Positions 51,188-62,504 are shown, numbered from the stretch's first letter. The stretch is DNA of 64,000 bases from Coraliomargarita sp. (GCA_965216325.1 OZ244160.1:2368001-2432000), one strand, 5' to 3'. Translations and numbers: made by a program. Notes: generated by a model from the letters alone, not told the origin.

Positions 51188-53131
51188 ATGACAAAGAGTT
51201 GCCAAATATTCACTTTTTTAGGCTGTTTCTGGCTGGCAGCAGTGCTCCATGCGGATGTTGTTCTGCCGCGTATATTAAGCGATGACATGGTGCTTCAACG
51301 CGAACGTGAGGTGCCTCTCTGGGGATGGGCTAAGCCGGGTGAGTCAGTGACCGTGTCTTTTGCCGGTCAGCAAGTGAGCACCGTTGCGGATGATGGCGGG
51401 CGTTGGAAGCTATATCTGGAGCCGCTACAGGCCTCGAAGGAGCCTCAGGATTTGCTGATTCGGGCGAACAATACGATCACCCTGCGCAATGTGCTGGTGG
51501 GGGAGGTCTGGTTGGCTTCGGGACAGTCCAATATGGAGTGGACCTTTAATCAATGCGTCAAAGCTGATCAGGAATACGCCGCCACGCAGCGGGAGAATCC
51601 GTATATTCGGGTTTTTCATGTGAATCAGCATTTGAGTGCCGGGGTCCCGCTGGATGATACGGTTGGTTCGTGGCAGGAGTGCTCGGACTTTCTTGCACCA
51701 CCAATGCACAGTGTTTCGGCGGTGGGCTTCTTCTTTGCACTGAAGTTACAGCAAGAACTGGACGTTCCCGTTGCGATTTTGGATGCCAATTGGGGTGGAC
51801 AACGAATCGAATCGTTCATTCCCCGTGAAGCGTATGAGGCGCATGGGCTGCATTATCGAGTCCATGGTGGGGAGCAGACGCTGCCACGCTTGATTGCCGA
51901 CTTGGAGAATCTGTCGGGGCAGGTGGACGCTGCGATTACTGCCGCTGAGCAGGGGCGCCGTATTCCGGTGACGATTGCCGGCAACTTGCATGGCTCGGCA
52001 GATAATTTCATTTACAATGCGATGATCGCGCCGCTGGCTCCCTATGGCCTCAGAGGGGCGATCTGGTATCAGGGTGAATCGAATCGTGGTGCTCCGGACT
52101 ATTACCATAAGCTGCAAGCGCTTGCTTCGGGATGGTCTTCGGCTTTTGAGGTGGAGCATTTACCACTGTATCAGGTGCAAATCGCACCGTTCGAGTATGA
52201 CCGTAGTGGGAACCCAAATACAACCTTGGCTGACAGCATTTGGAAAGCCCAGTATCGTGCTGCAGCGACGATTCCAAGTGTTGGCTTGGTGCCCATTCAC
52301 GATACGCAAATTCCGGTGAACGACATACATCCGCCACATAAGCGTCCGGTGGGCGAGCGCCTCGCAAACCTTGCACTCAAAGAGCGATATGGTTTCGACA
52401 TTCCTGCGTCCGGCCCCGTGTTTCAACGTGCTCGCTTGCTGGATAGCACGACTATAGTTGTCGAGTTCAGCGGGGTCGACCAAGGTTTACGCACGCATGA
52501 TGGCAAGGCACCATCATGGTTTGAGCTTGCCGAGACTGGGCAGCAATTTGTCGCAGCCAATGCTCGTTTAGTGGATGATGCCGTTCATTTGCAGATTCCC
52601 GATGGGATGCAACCGACCCGTGTGCGCATGGGCTGGGATGACATTGCACTGCCGAACTTATGTGACGCGAATGGTTGGCCGGTCTTTGCTTTTCCTTCGC
52701 GGCGGATTGCCGGTGGGGCGACTCGAGCTGCGTATTTAAGTGACATTGAACCAGATTTTATCAGTCAAAGCCATGGTGAGCTCATGCTGGATCGCTCGGC
52801 TGGGCGGGCTCCACTCACTTTGAATGCTGAAGTTTATAAGAAGGGACTCGGTGCACACGCGAATAGTGAAGTCGAATATTGGCTTGGTGGCAGCTACACG
52901 CGTTTTACGACAACGATTGGTGTCGACGATGGATGTGGAGGGAGTGTTACATTCAAAGTTCTCTGTGATGGAGAAGTCCGTTTTGAAAGTCCTGTGATGA
53001 CGCGCGCAAGTGAGCCGCTGTCTCTAGAACTTCCACTTTCTGGTGTGGATCGACTGCAGTTGATTGTTCGCGATGGGGGCGATGGAATAGGCTGTGATCA
53101 CGCAAACTGGGCGAATGCAAAAGTGGAGTAG
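51188..53131 (+). CDS. Sialate O-acetylesterase-family protein with NPCBM domain
   Basis: DDMVLQR, VGEVWLASGQSNME, IWYQGESN, DIHP; YKKGLGAHANS...DHANWA. Confidence 0.92.
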   Translation: MTKSCQIFTFLGCFWLAAVLHADVVLPRILSDDMVLQREREVPLWGWAKPGESVTVSFAGQQVSTVADDGGRWKLYLEPLQASKEPQDLLIRANNTITLRNVLVGEVWLASGQSNMEWTFNQCVKADQEYAATQRENPYIRVFHVNQHLSAGVPLDDTVGSWQECSDFLAPPMHSVSAVGFFFALKLQQELDVPVAILDANWGGQRIESFIPREAYEAHGLHYRVHGGEQTLPRLIADLENLSGQVDAAITAAEQGRRIPVTIAGNLHGSADNFIYNAMIAPLAPYGLRGAIWYQGESNRGAPDYYHKLQALASGWSSAFEVEHLPLYQVQIAPFEYDRSGNPNTTLADSIWKAQYRAAATIPSVGLVPIHDTQIPVNDIHPPHKRPVGERLANLALKERYGFDIPASGPVFQRARLLDSTTIVVEFSGVDQGLRTHDGKAPSWFELAETGQQFVAANARLVDDAVHLQIPDGMQPTRVRMGWDDIALPNLCDANGWPVFAFPSRRIAGGATRAAYLSDIEPDFISQSHGELMLDRSAGRAPLTLNAEVYKKGLGAHANSEVEYWLGGSYTRFTTTIGVDDGCGGSVTFKVLCDGEVRFESPVMTRASEPLSLELPLSGVDRLQLIVRDGGDGIGCDHANWANAKVE

Positions 53132-53133
53132 CC

Positions 53134-54045
53134 ATGGTGAGGAAGCCCTGTATTGTTGGAATTGTGTTCGCGATTAGCCTCATGCGTATCGACGGGGCAG
53201 AGCTGTCGCGGCCGATCATTCACTTGTGGCCGGAAGGCACTGCAGGTGTCGATGCCTCGGTCGCGGAGGAGATTGTTCCGCGCCACTTCGAGGTGGTTAA
53301 GAACATCCATAATCCGACTCTGACGGTCTTTCGGCCCGAGAAGCCCAATGGCACGGCAGTGGTGATTTGCCCCGGAGGTGCGTATTCGATCATTGCGACA
53401 GGGCTGGAGGGCTATCCGGTTGCGGAAAAACTTAATGAAGCTGGGGTTACGGCTTTTGTGCTCAAGTATCGCTTGCCCACAACAGAGGGTGCCGACTTTA
53501 AGCACCCGGTGCCGCTCTACGATGCCTTGCGGGCGATTCAGTGGGTGCGATACCATACTGTAGAGTATGAGCTTGAAGCTGATCGAATTGGCATCATGGG
53601 CTTTTCGGCCGGTGGGCATTTAGCTGCAAGTGTCGGGACTTTGTATTCAGAGTATAACTACGGAGAAGATGACATCTCAAAGGTCAGCTCCCGTCCTGAT
53701 TTCGTCTGTTTGGGCTATCCAGTGATTACTACTCGTGAGGGTGTTGCAAATGGCTGCATCTGGGCGCCATTGCCCGCAGAGCACTCCAATGAGCAATCGC
53801 AGGAATTGTCCTGCGAGCTGAATGTCAACGCGCAGACACCGCCGACTTTTCTGATGCATGCCAAGGACGACTCCGGAGTTTTGCCGGAGAACAGTGTGGT
53901 CCTGTATGAGGCCTTAAAACGGAACGGAGTCGTTACAGAGCTGAAGCTCTATGAGCAAGGTGGACATGGTTTCGGACTTGGGCGCCACGGCACAGACTCG
54001 ACTCAGTGGTTGGAGGACTTCCTGTATTGGCTACAGGAGCATTAG
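53134..54045 (+). CDS. Alpha/beta-hydrolase (BD-FAE-like carbohydrate esterase)
   Basis: VICPGGAY, GFSAGGH, TPPTFLMHAKDD, GGHGFG. Confidence 0.88.
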   Translation: MVRKPCIVGIVFAISLMRIDGAELSRPIIHLWPEGTAGVDASVAEEIVPRHFEVVKNIHNPTLTVFRPEKPNGTAVVICPGGAYSIIATGLEGYPVAEKLNEAGVTAFVLKYRLPTTEGADFKHPVPLYDALRAIQWVRYHTVEYELEADRIGIMGFSAGGHLAASVGTLYSEYNYGEDDISKVSSRPDFVCLGYPVITTREGVANGCIWAPLPAEHSNEQSQELSCELNVNAQTPPTFLMHAKDDSGVLPENSVVLYEALKRNGVVTELKLYEQGGHGFGLGRHGTDSTQWLEDFLYWLQEH

Positions 54046-54073
54046 ATTATTATTGAATCGGTATCTTAGAGCT

Positions 54074-55081
54074 ATGCGTATTGGAATTATAGGAACTGGT
54101 TGGATCGCAGAGAAGCATCTTGAATCTTTAACGGTGACCGAGGGGGCGGAGGTGGTCGCGGTGGCTGGCCGGAATCAGCAGCGTGCCGCTGAGTTGGCGG
54201 TTCCGCTTGGGGCCGCTGTTTATGAGGATTACCTGCCGATGTTGCAGAGGGAATCTTTGGACGCGGTTTTTATTCTGCTGCCTCCGCATCTACACGGAGA
54301 TGTGGAGCGTGCTTGCTCGGAGCATGTGGGGGCTGTGTTGGTGGAGAAGCCAATCACCACTTCGCTGGCGCAGGCGTGTGAGATCAACAGTTATTTCAAA
54401 GAGGCGGGCACAATTGTGTCGGTTGGTTATATGAACCGTTATCGTGATGCCGTTCAGGCGGCGCGGGCTGTTTTTTCAAATCCGGAGACACCTGGCGTGA
54501 TGGCGAACGGTTGGTGGATTACGCAGATGCCGCCGCCTAGCTGGTGGCGTTGTTTGGAGCAGTCCGGCGGCCAGTTTGTGGAGCAATGCACTCATTTGGT
54601 CGACTTGAGTCGTTATCTCTTTGGTGAGATCCAGGAAGTGAGTGCCTACAGTATGCGTGGATCCATGACCGAAGTGCCCGATTTTTCCGTGGATGATGGG
54701 ATGGCCGTGAATGTGCGCTTCGAGTCCGGCGCGCTGGGCTCCTTCTGCACGGGGTGCTTCCCTTTGGCCGGACATCCTGAGGAGCAGGGCGCTGGAATTA
54801 GCTTGAACCTTTCTTCGCGGAAGCAACGCGTGGTCTTTGAAGGCTCGAATTTTGAGGCCAAATTGTTCTCTGGAGCAAACGATGCTACCGAACTTCCGAT
54901 TGGGGCGGATCCCTTCCATCAGCAGACTCAGTCGTTCGTGAATGCTGTGCGTAATAAGGATACTCGGCAGATCCTATCCGACTATGAGGATGCCATGCGG
55001 ACTTTGGCAGTTACCTTGGCTGCGAACGAGTCGGCGCATGAGCGGGGTGGAGCGCCTGTTCGAGTTGAATCTATACTCTGA
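54074..55081 (+). CDS. Gfo/Idh/MocA family oxidoreductase
   Basis: MRIGIIGTGWIA Rossmann motif, VEKP, SGGQFVEQCTHLVD. Confidence 0.92.
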   Translation: MRIGIIGTGWIAEKHLESLTVTEGAEVVAVAGRNQQRAAELAVPLGAAVYEDYLPMLQRESLDAVFILLPPHLHGDVERACSEHVGAVLVEKPITTSLAQACEINSYFKEAGTIVSVGYMNRYRDAVQAARAVFSNPETPGVMANGWWITQMPPPSWWRCLEQSGGQFVEQCTHLVDLSRYLFGEIQEVSAYSMRGSMTEVPDFSVDDGMAVNVRFESGALGSFCTGCFPLAGHPEEQGAGISLNLSSRKQRVVFEGSNFEAKLFSGANDATELPIGADPFHQQTQSFVNAVRNKDTRQILSDYEDAMRTLAVTLAANESAHERGGAPVRVESIL

Positions 55082-55160
55082 ATTGCTCTCGTTATCAGGG
55101 CTGTCTCTTCTTCTCGCACAAGTCTTCAATGCTGACGGAGTTTTGTGTCGGATATCTGGG

Positions 55161-55178
55161 GTCGCACGTATGAGCGAT
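55161..55178. promoter_or_regulatory. 18-bp operator copy 9
   Basis: GTCGCAC-GTAT-GAGCGAT; TATGGT at 55201, 22 bp away. Confidence 0.8.
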
Positions 55179-55264
55179 GTTGCCCTTAGTTGGACTCCGC
55201 TATGGTATTGGTTTTTAAAGATGTGCTCTACAGATAACAACAGGGCTGCCGGACGATCTCATTT

Positions 55265-57451
55265 ATGACTATCAAAGACTATGAGCTGGGCTCGTTAACC
55301 GCGCGATTCCATACAGATGCTGAGACGCAGCTGACCTCGTTTGAGCTGTTGCCGACTGTGAAATTGGTGGATGTGGTTTCAAACCGAGAGACAATTGATG
55401 GCATTGAGCGCGAGGTATTGAATCCGAAGTGGCAGGATATGCCTGGGCTACAGCTTGGCTCCTGTGTTCAAGTTAAGTTGCGGGAAGATAATGGACCACG
55501 TGCCTTTGCGGCCGGACGCACTATGCGGGGGAGCTCGACCTCGCTTTCACTTCGGCTCGTGACCCAGCGAGTTTCGGAAAAGGAGAGCCTTAAACGTATC
55601 GAGACTGAGTTATTCTCTGAAGAGCATCAGGTCCGTGCGCTGTTTATAGTCGAATGGCTTTCGGGCACCGATTTTGTGACTGCGTGGACGGAGGTAACGA
55701 ATGTCGGAAAGGAGTCCTTTACGGTCGAGATGCTGTCAGCTTTCTCGTTGGACAATATTACGCCATTTCATCGGGGCGCTGCTCCTGAGCAACTCTACCT
55801 GCACCGGTTCCGTTCGAACTGGGCGCTTGAGGGACGCCATGAGCGTGTTTTATTGGAAGACTTGCACCTGGAGCGCTCGTGGGCTGGCTATAGTCTTGTT
55901 TCGGAGCGCTTCGGACAAGTCGGGTCTATGCCGGTGCGTGGCTTCTTTCCCTTTGCTGCGATGGAGGATCGTGAGGCGGACGTTCTATGGGGCGCGCAGC
56001 TCGCGGTCCCGGGCTCGTGGCAAATGGAGTGTTTCCGGAGTGCAGATAACGTGTCGCTCTCAGGTGGTTTGGCCGATCGTGAGTTTGGCCATTGGTGGAA
56101 GACCTTGGCTCCCGACGAGTCGTTTACGAGTCCACGGGCGACCTTGTCTGCTGTGGTGGGTGATATCGAGGATTTGTGTGATGTGATGTTGCAAGCCCAA
56201 GCGGCACAGTTCGAGCCGCTTGAGGAGGAAAGAAATCTCCCCATTATATTTAATGAGTGGTGTTCGACTTGGGGGAACCCGAATCATACGAATATCTTGA
56301 ATACCGTTGAAAGGTTGGCAGGAACGCCGACGCGTTACTTTGTGATTGATGATGGTTGGGCCGAGCGACCGGGCGACGAATTTCAGCAAAACGGTGATTG
56401 GAATCTGAATACAAAGGCATTTCCCGAAGGGCTCAAAGCGACGTGCAGTGCGATGCGCGAGCAGGGAATCATTCCGGGTATTTGGTTCGAGTTCGAAGTC
56501 TGTAATCCTGGAAGTCTGGCTTTTGAGCAGACAGCGCATCACTTGACGCGTGATGGTGCCATTGTGGAAATTGGTCCACGTCGTTTCTGGGACTTTCGTG
56601 ATCCGTGGGTTGTCGATTTTTTATCCGAGAAAGTCATTCAATTTTTGAAAGACAACGAGCTCGGCTACATGAAGGTCGATTACAATGAAACACTGGGGCT
56701 CGGGTGTGACGAATGGGGAGGACAGGCGCCGGGCTCGCCCGGAGAAGGCTTGCGCCAGCACTTGGAGGCTGTGCAGAGTTTCTTTAGAAAAATCCGGAGT
56801 GAGCTGCCGGAGCTGGTGATCGAGATTTGTTCATCCGGTGGGCATCGCCTTGATCCGTCCTTCCTCGCTCTCGGGGCGATGGGCTCGTTTTCAGATGCAC
56901 ATGAGACGATTGAAATTCCGATTATTGCTGCGAATTTGCAGCGACTGATCTTGCCGCGTCAAAGCCAAGTGTGGGCGGTGCTACAGCCGCAGGATTCCAT
57001 TGATCGTGTGCGTTTCTCGCTGGCGGCGACTTTCCTCGGGCGCATGTGTATTTCCGGGAATCTAGATGAGCTCAGCGCCGCAGTGCTCGATGAACTGAAG
57101 CTGGCTCAGGAGTTCTATACCGAGGCTGCGCCAATTATTGCGGAAGGTAAAAGCCGTTGTGTGCGTGAGCTGAGCAAGAGCTGGCGCACCCCCAAGGGCT
57201 GGCAGGCGGTGGTGCGCGAAGGCCGTGGCGCGGCGAAGGGGCAATGTCTTATCGTGTTGCACAGTTTTGCTGATGTGCCAGGCCGCATCGAAGTCCCGCT
57301 GCCCGAGGGGGCGTGGGCCTTGGGGAATGGCTTTAATTTTATAGATACTATCGAAGTGATGGATGGGCATCTAATACTGGAGTGCTGTCCTGAGTATTAT
57401 GGAGGCAGCATTGTTTTGAATTCGCAGGATCAACTGTCCAGCGTTGATTAG
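55265..57451 (+). CDS. Alpha-galactosidase, GH36, cytoplasmic
   Basis: FNEW, FVIDDGW, GDW, FPEGL, PGIWFEFE, YMKVDYN, IEICSSGGHR. Confidence 0.92.
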   Translation: MTIKDYELGSLTARFHTDAETQLTSFELLPTVKLVDVVSNRETIDGIEREVLNPKWQDMPGLQLGSCVQVKLREDNGPRAFAAGRTMRGSSTSLSLRLVTQRVSEKESLKRIETELFSEEHQVRALFIVEWLSGTDFVTAWTEVTNVGKESFTVEMLSAFSLDNITPFHRGAAPEQLYLHRFRSNWALEGRHERVLLEDLHLERSWAGYSLVSERFGQVGSMPVRGFFPFAAMEDREADVLWGAQLAVPGSWQMECFRSADNVSLSGGLADREFGHWWKTLAPDESFTSPRATLSAVVGDIEDLCDVMLQAQAAQFEPLEEERNLPIIFNEWCSTWGNPNHTNILNTVERLAGTPTRYFVIDDGWAERPGDEFQQNGDWNLNTKAFPEGLKATCSAMREQGIIPGIWFEFEVCNPGSLAFEQTAHHLTRDGAIVEIGPRRFWDFRDPWVVDFLSEKVIQFLKDNELGYMKVDYNETLGLGCDEWGGQAPGSPGEGLRQHLEAVQSFFRKIRSELPELVIEICSSGGHRLDPSFLALGAMGSFSDAHETIEIPIIAANLQRLILPRQSQVWAVLQPQDSIDRVRFSLAATFLGRMCISGNLDELSAAVLDELKLAQEFYTEAAPIIAEGKSRCVRELSKSWRTPKGWQAVVREGRGAAKGQCLIVLHSFADVPGRIEVPLPEGAWALGNGFNFIDTIEVMDGHLILECCPEYYGGSIVLNSQDQLSSVD

Positions 57452-57990
57452 TTGGTATCTGCCCATCTCTTGCCGGAAGAAGTGCTAAATTAGGGAAGGT
57501 TTTATATATGTCGGATCACAATAAACATGAACTCGGGCGCCCGCTCCGAAATAAGAAAAAGCGCAGCGCAATTTTTGTAGTTATTATAGCTAGTAACCCC
57601 ACGGGCCAACCAAAGCACGGCGATAGACGGCGTGCCAAGTTCTTTGAAAATTTAGCGCAATAAGCAGCTTCTGGGCTATGAACCAATAGACTTAAACGAG
57701 CATGCTCCTTGGTTCTAATGCCGAGCAGAGTGTGCTTCACTCAACGGCTCGGTATCATCGGCAAGTCTCATGTAATCTCGCTTGTGTAAAAGACATCTTC
57801 AAACTTCGCCTACGTTGAGCACATTCAAATGACTAGCCCTCCTCGTGCCACTTGTCCCTGTTGACCTCATCCGACGCTCTTGCATTTTTCAGCCTATGTG
57901 CGAACTAGACTACGGTATGAATGCGACTGCTCATGCTATGTATTGACAAGAATGAGTGGCAGATCAGTTTGAGGGGCAAGAGCTGAGTCC

Positions 57991-58572
57991 ATGAATGAAT
58001 ACAATTATCAACGCCAAGTGATCGCCTATCATGGTTGTGATCGTTCTGTTGTCGATAAGGTCTTGCTCAAAGGTTCGGCACTCGCTCCGAGCGAGAAAAA
58101 CTACGATTGGCTGGGGAAGGGAATTTACTTTTGGGAACATGGCCCTCAGCGAGCTTTTGATTGGGCAGTCCAGCGTCAGAAAATGGGTAAGATTTCTGAA
58201 CCAGCGGTCGTTGGCGCAATTATTCAGCTTGGGAATTGTTTCGATTTGTTGGATACTCGTTACACGGAAGCTTTGCAGCGGATGTGGCCATTTTTCGTTG
58301 AGGCAAGAGTTCCTGATGCCAAGAGCATCCCTGCAAACCGTTCGCCAAAACAAGAACCTGAAGTCGATAAATTGCTTCGTTATCGAGATTGTGCAGTCAT
58401 TAATTGGACACTTTCGCAACTTGAGGAAAGCGAGCCTGCGTATGATTCGGTCCGAGGCGTGTTCCAAGAGGACGAACCTGTATACGAAGGATCGGAAATT
58501 CGCTTGAAGTCCCATATTCAAATTGCGATCCGCAATCCTGCTTGCATCATTGGATATTTCAGACCATCTTGA
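57991..58572 (+). CDS. Hypothetical protein, probable ADP-ribosyltransferase-like fold
   Basis: AYHGC, DWLGKGIYFWE and HIQIAIRN motifs. Confidence 0.6.
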   Translation: MNEYNYQRQVIAYHGCDRSVVDKVLLKGSALAPSEKNYDWLGKGIYFWEHGPQRAFDWAVQRQKMGKISEPAVVGAIIQLGNCFDLLDTRYTEALQRMWPFFVEARVPDAKSIPANRSPKQEPEVDKLLRYRDCAVINWTLSQLEESEPAYDSVRGVFQEDEPVYEGSEIRLKSHIQIAIRNPACIIGYFRPS

Positions 58573-58578
58573 TTTTTA

Positions 58579-58764
58579 ATGAAGACCAGTAGCCCAGTTT
58601 TATCAGCAGATCCTCGTAAGTTGGTGGATCGCTTTGAACGCCGATTCAAGAGAATGAGCGCAAAAGAAAAGGCGCAGACTCTTGTGGATGCTGGAATTAT
58701 GACCCCGAAGCACCGAATCAAAGCTCCTTACCGTGAAGCTCTTGCCGGAGTGGGACAGCAATAA
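58579..58764 (+). CDS. Small basic protein, possible antitoxin
   Basis: 61 aa, 6 bp after the previous stop; LVDAGIMTP...PY motif. Confidence 0.55.
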   Translation: MKTSSPVLSADPRKLVDRFERRFKRMSAKEKAQTLVDAGIMTPKHRIKAPYREALAGVGQQ

Positions 58765-59562
58765 TCCTCGCACTGAGTCACTAAGTCCCGAAATTTAGCC
58801 GAAAAGTTCGAAGAGAGATTCGTTTGGCGACCAGACTCGATAGAATCGGTTCGAAGACGGGTATGATCGGCACCCCACGGCCTTTGCTGCGCAAAGAACC
58901 GTGTTCTACACCTCGGGCGGTGTTTATATTTTCAGAGGGTATTGCCGTTCCGGTAATGTTGTAGGACGTGCCTCTCGCAGGGGGCGGAGTTTCCCAAAAA
59001 AACTCCCACCGTGTCGATCCCGCTGGCTTGGCAGGATACACTACTTGTCTTTTTTCATCACCCCAGAAACAAAGTAATGCCGATTCGTATTGCGAAAATC
59101 AATGCCAGCGCGGGCGTCTTCAATCCCGGTAATTCTACTGGATTAATCTGAGTGAGGTCGCAGTTGGAGGGACCGTAGGCGGAAAGAAGCTTCGACTTCC
59201 TCCTCAAAAAACGCGTATCATGAAATGCCCTGTAGATCGCAGCGAATGTGCTGTGAAGTTGGATTTTGTCGTGCCGGGGGAAACCGCCCGGTGTGCTCTG
59301 ATTCGACAAATGTGGAGCGTCGACAAGCAGACCCGTCAGGTTGTATTCATCCTCAATAGACCTGCTCCCCAAATGGCTGGCTATTATGTTCTGCCAATCA
59401 AAGAACCTTAGCCGAATGTAGAGTCAGGTATTTGAGATATCGGTAATGCCCTGATGGCCTTTGTGTTGAGTTGATTGCGGGGTATAGCTCTTTGTTTAAA
59501 AGCGCTAGGGAGGGGTGAATTTCCCATCTGAGTTAAGTTGCAGATGCTTCGTTGCTTCTGGT

Positions 59563-60060
59563 TTAGTAAAATATCAGTGCTAGGTAAAAGATGGCGACGA
59601 CGCAGACGCTCAGTCCGAACTTCAAGGCAAAGGCGAAGGCTCCACCAAGTAGGGTGCCGATACCGGCCTTGCTGCCGGATTTGATGTCGCGGCCGGCAAT
59701 GAGCTCGCCGATAACTGCGCCGAGAATCGGTCCGACGATCAGCCAGAACAGTTGAGGTGGAATAAACAGTGCGATGAATGCGCCGAGCAGAGCACCGACC
59801 GCGCCTTTCCAAGTCGCACCAAAGGTCTTGGCACCCCAGTAGCCGAACAGCAGGTCGCCGATCAGTCCAAAGGCGGTGATGCCTCCGGTCAGAGTCACGA
59901 TTTGCCAGCTCACTGAAGCATCGCCCATCCACAGCTTGTGCGTCAGCACGCCCAGCCAGACGATCACACTGCCTGGGATCACCGGCAAGAGCGCGGTCAC
60001 CAAGCCGATGAGGAAGATGAGGGCGATGACGCCGTGTGCGGTTAGGTCGAGCCAATTCAT
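59563..60060 (-). CDS. DUF456 family membrane protein
   Basis: LLPVIPG, GAKTFGATWKGAVGALLG, GPILGAVIGEL. Confidence 0.9.
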   Translation of the reverse strand: MNWLDLTAHGVIALIFLIGLVTALLPVIPGSVIVWLGVLTHKLWMGDASVSWQIVTLTGGITAFGLIGDLLFGYWGAKTFGATWKGAVGALLGAFIALFIPPQLFWLIVGPILGAVIGELIAGRDIKSGSKAGIGTLLGGAFAFALKFGLSVCVVAIFYLALIFY

Positions 60061-60061
60061 T

Positions 60062-60296
60062 GAATCCGGATGCTGTAAACGAGTTTTCCGATTTGGGAAA
60101 TTACTGAGGGTCTGTGCTTAGTCAGCGCCATTTGAAATGCGTTGCATCTAAAATGGCGGACGTTTTGGAAATCGGAAAACGCTTAGGCGACGTGCGTACT
60201 TTGCTGCATGTCAGCCCTGCAGTCACGTATCGCTATACGCGCCTTGGGGCTGCAATTGCAAAGCACACACCTCATTCCATTACAGCATCCGGATTC
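60062..60296. repeat. 235-bp element with 17-bp terminal inverted repeats and internal hairpins (MITE or structured RNA)
   Basis: GAATCCGGATGCTGTAA (60062-60078) / TTACAGCATCCGGATTC (60280-60296). Confidence 0.65.
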
Positions 60297-60400
60297 CTTA
60301 GCATCGGATCGAAGGCGAAAGGTTCCGTTTTGCCGATCATTAAAGAGTCGAATTTGCATTTGCCATTTTCGGCGCTCAACACATTTTCGCCTGCTTCGTT

Positions 60401-61918
<1,518 letters not shown>

Positions 61919-61942
61919 GGCTTAGTCAAGTGAAGTTTCACC

Positions 61943-61981
61943 AACGCCCGAATTCGGAAACGAGTTCGGGCGTTTTTTTTT
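61943..61981 (+). terminator. Intrinsic terminator of lysS
   Basis: AACGCCCGAATTCG-GAAA-CGAGTTCGGGCG followed by a run of Ts. Confidence 0.9.
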
Positions 61982-61984
61982 GTG

Positions 61985-62098
61985 ACCACCTCGGTCGGCA
62001 AGCCGACCACTCCTCCTTGAAAAGGAGGAGAATTAACGAACAATAGAAAGCTCCTCCCCTGCGAAGGGGAGGTCACCTGCTTGTCAGGTGGGAGGGGT
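61985..62098. repeat. Inverted pair of double-hairpin intergenic repeats (non-GTAG)
   Basis: ACCACCTC-GGTCGGCAAGCCGACC-ACTCCTCCTTGAAAAGGAGGAG on +, and ACCCCTCC-CACCTGACAAGCAGGTG-ACCTCCCCTTCGCAGGGGAGGAG on -. Confidence 0.6.
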
Positions 62099-62499
62099 TA
62101 CCCTTCAAACGGATTAAACAGCGCAATGCCGGTGCCTTCGAAGTCGCGAGTGTTACGCGTAGCGAGAGGCAATCCATGTGCCCATGCAGTGGCAGCGATC
62201 AACATGTCGGCTTGCGAACGACTAATGCCGTCTGAGGCGAGTTGACCTCGAACTTCTGCCGCGCGCCGCGCGATTTTGGCATCCACATCCAGAACGATGC
62301 ACTTTGTCACGACGAAGGTGTCGAACCATTCAATGTGTTTGATCATGGAGCGCTGATAGAGACCAAAGAGGATTTCGTTGATCGTGATGACGCTTATGTG
62401 AACCATGTCTCGATCATGCAGCCATTCTCGAACGGCAGGGTTCGGGCGTTTACGCATTTCCTCGCTAATGACGTTCGAATCACAGAGCCAGTGTTCCAT
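62098..62499 (-). CDS. vapC: PIN-domain toxin
   Basis: [36 protein letters not shown]. Confidence 0.92.
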   Translation of the reverse strand: MEHWLCDSNVISEEMRKRPNPAVREWLHDRDMVHISVITINEILFGLYQRSMIKHIEWFDTFVVTKCIVLDVDAKIARRAAEVRGQLASDGISRSQADMLIAATAWAHGLPLATRNTRDFEGTGIALFNPFEG

Positions 62500-62504
62500 A
62501 TCGC

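Noticed and set aside
57452..57990. Short ORFs after the GH36 gene
   Set aside because: No recognisable protein signature; cannot be called a gene or pseudogene
58781..59560. Short ORFs on both strands
   Set aside because: No motifs or consistent frame; possibly decayed DNA, needs tBLASTx
60062..60400. Lysine riboswitch or T-box upstream of lysS
   Set aside because: Consensus motifs and an expression-platform terminator are not seen
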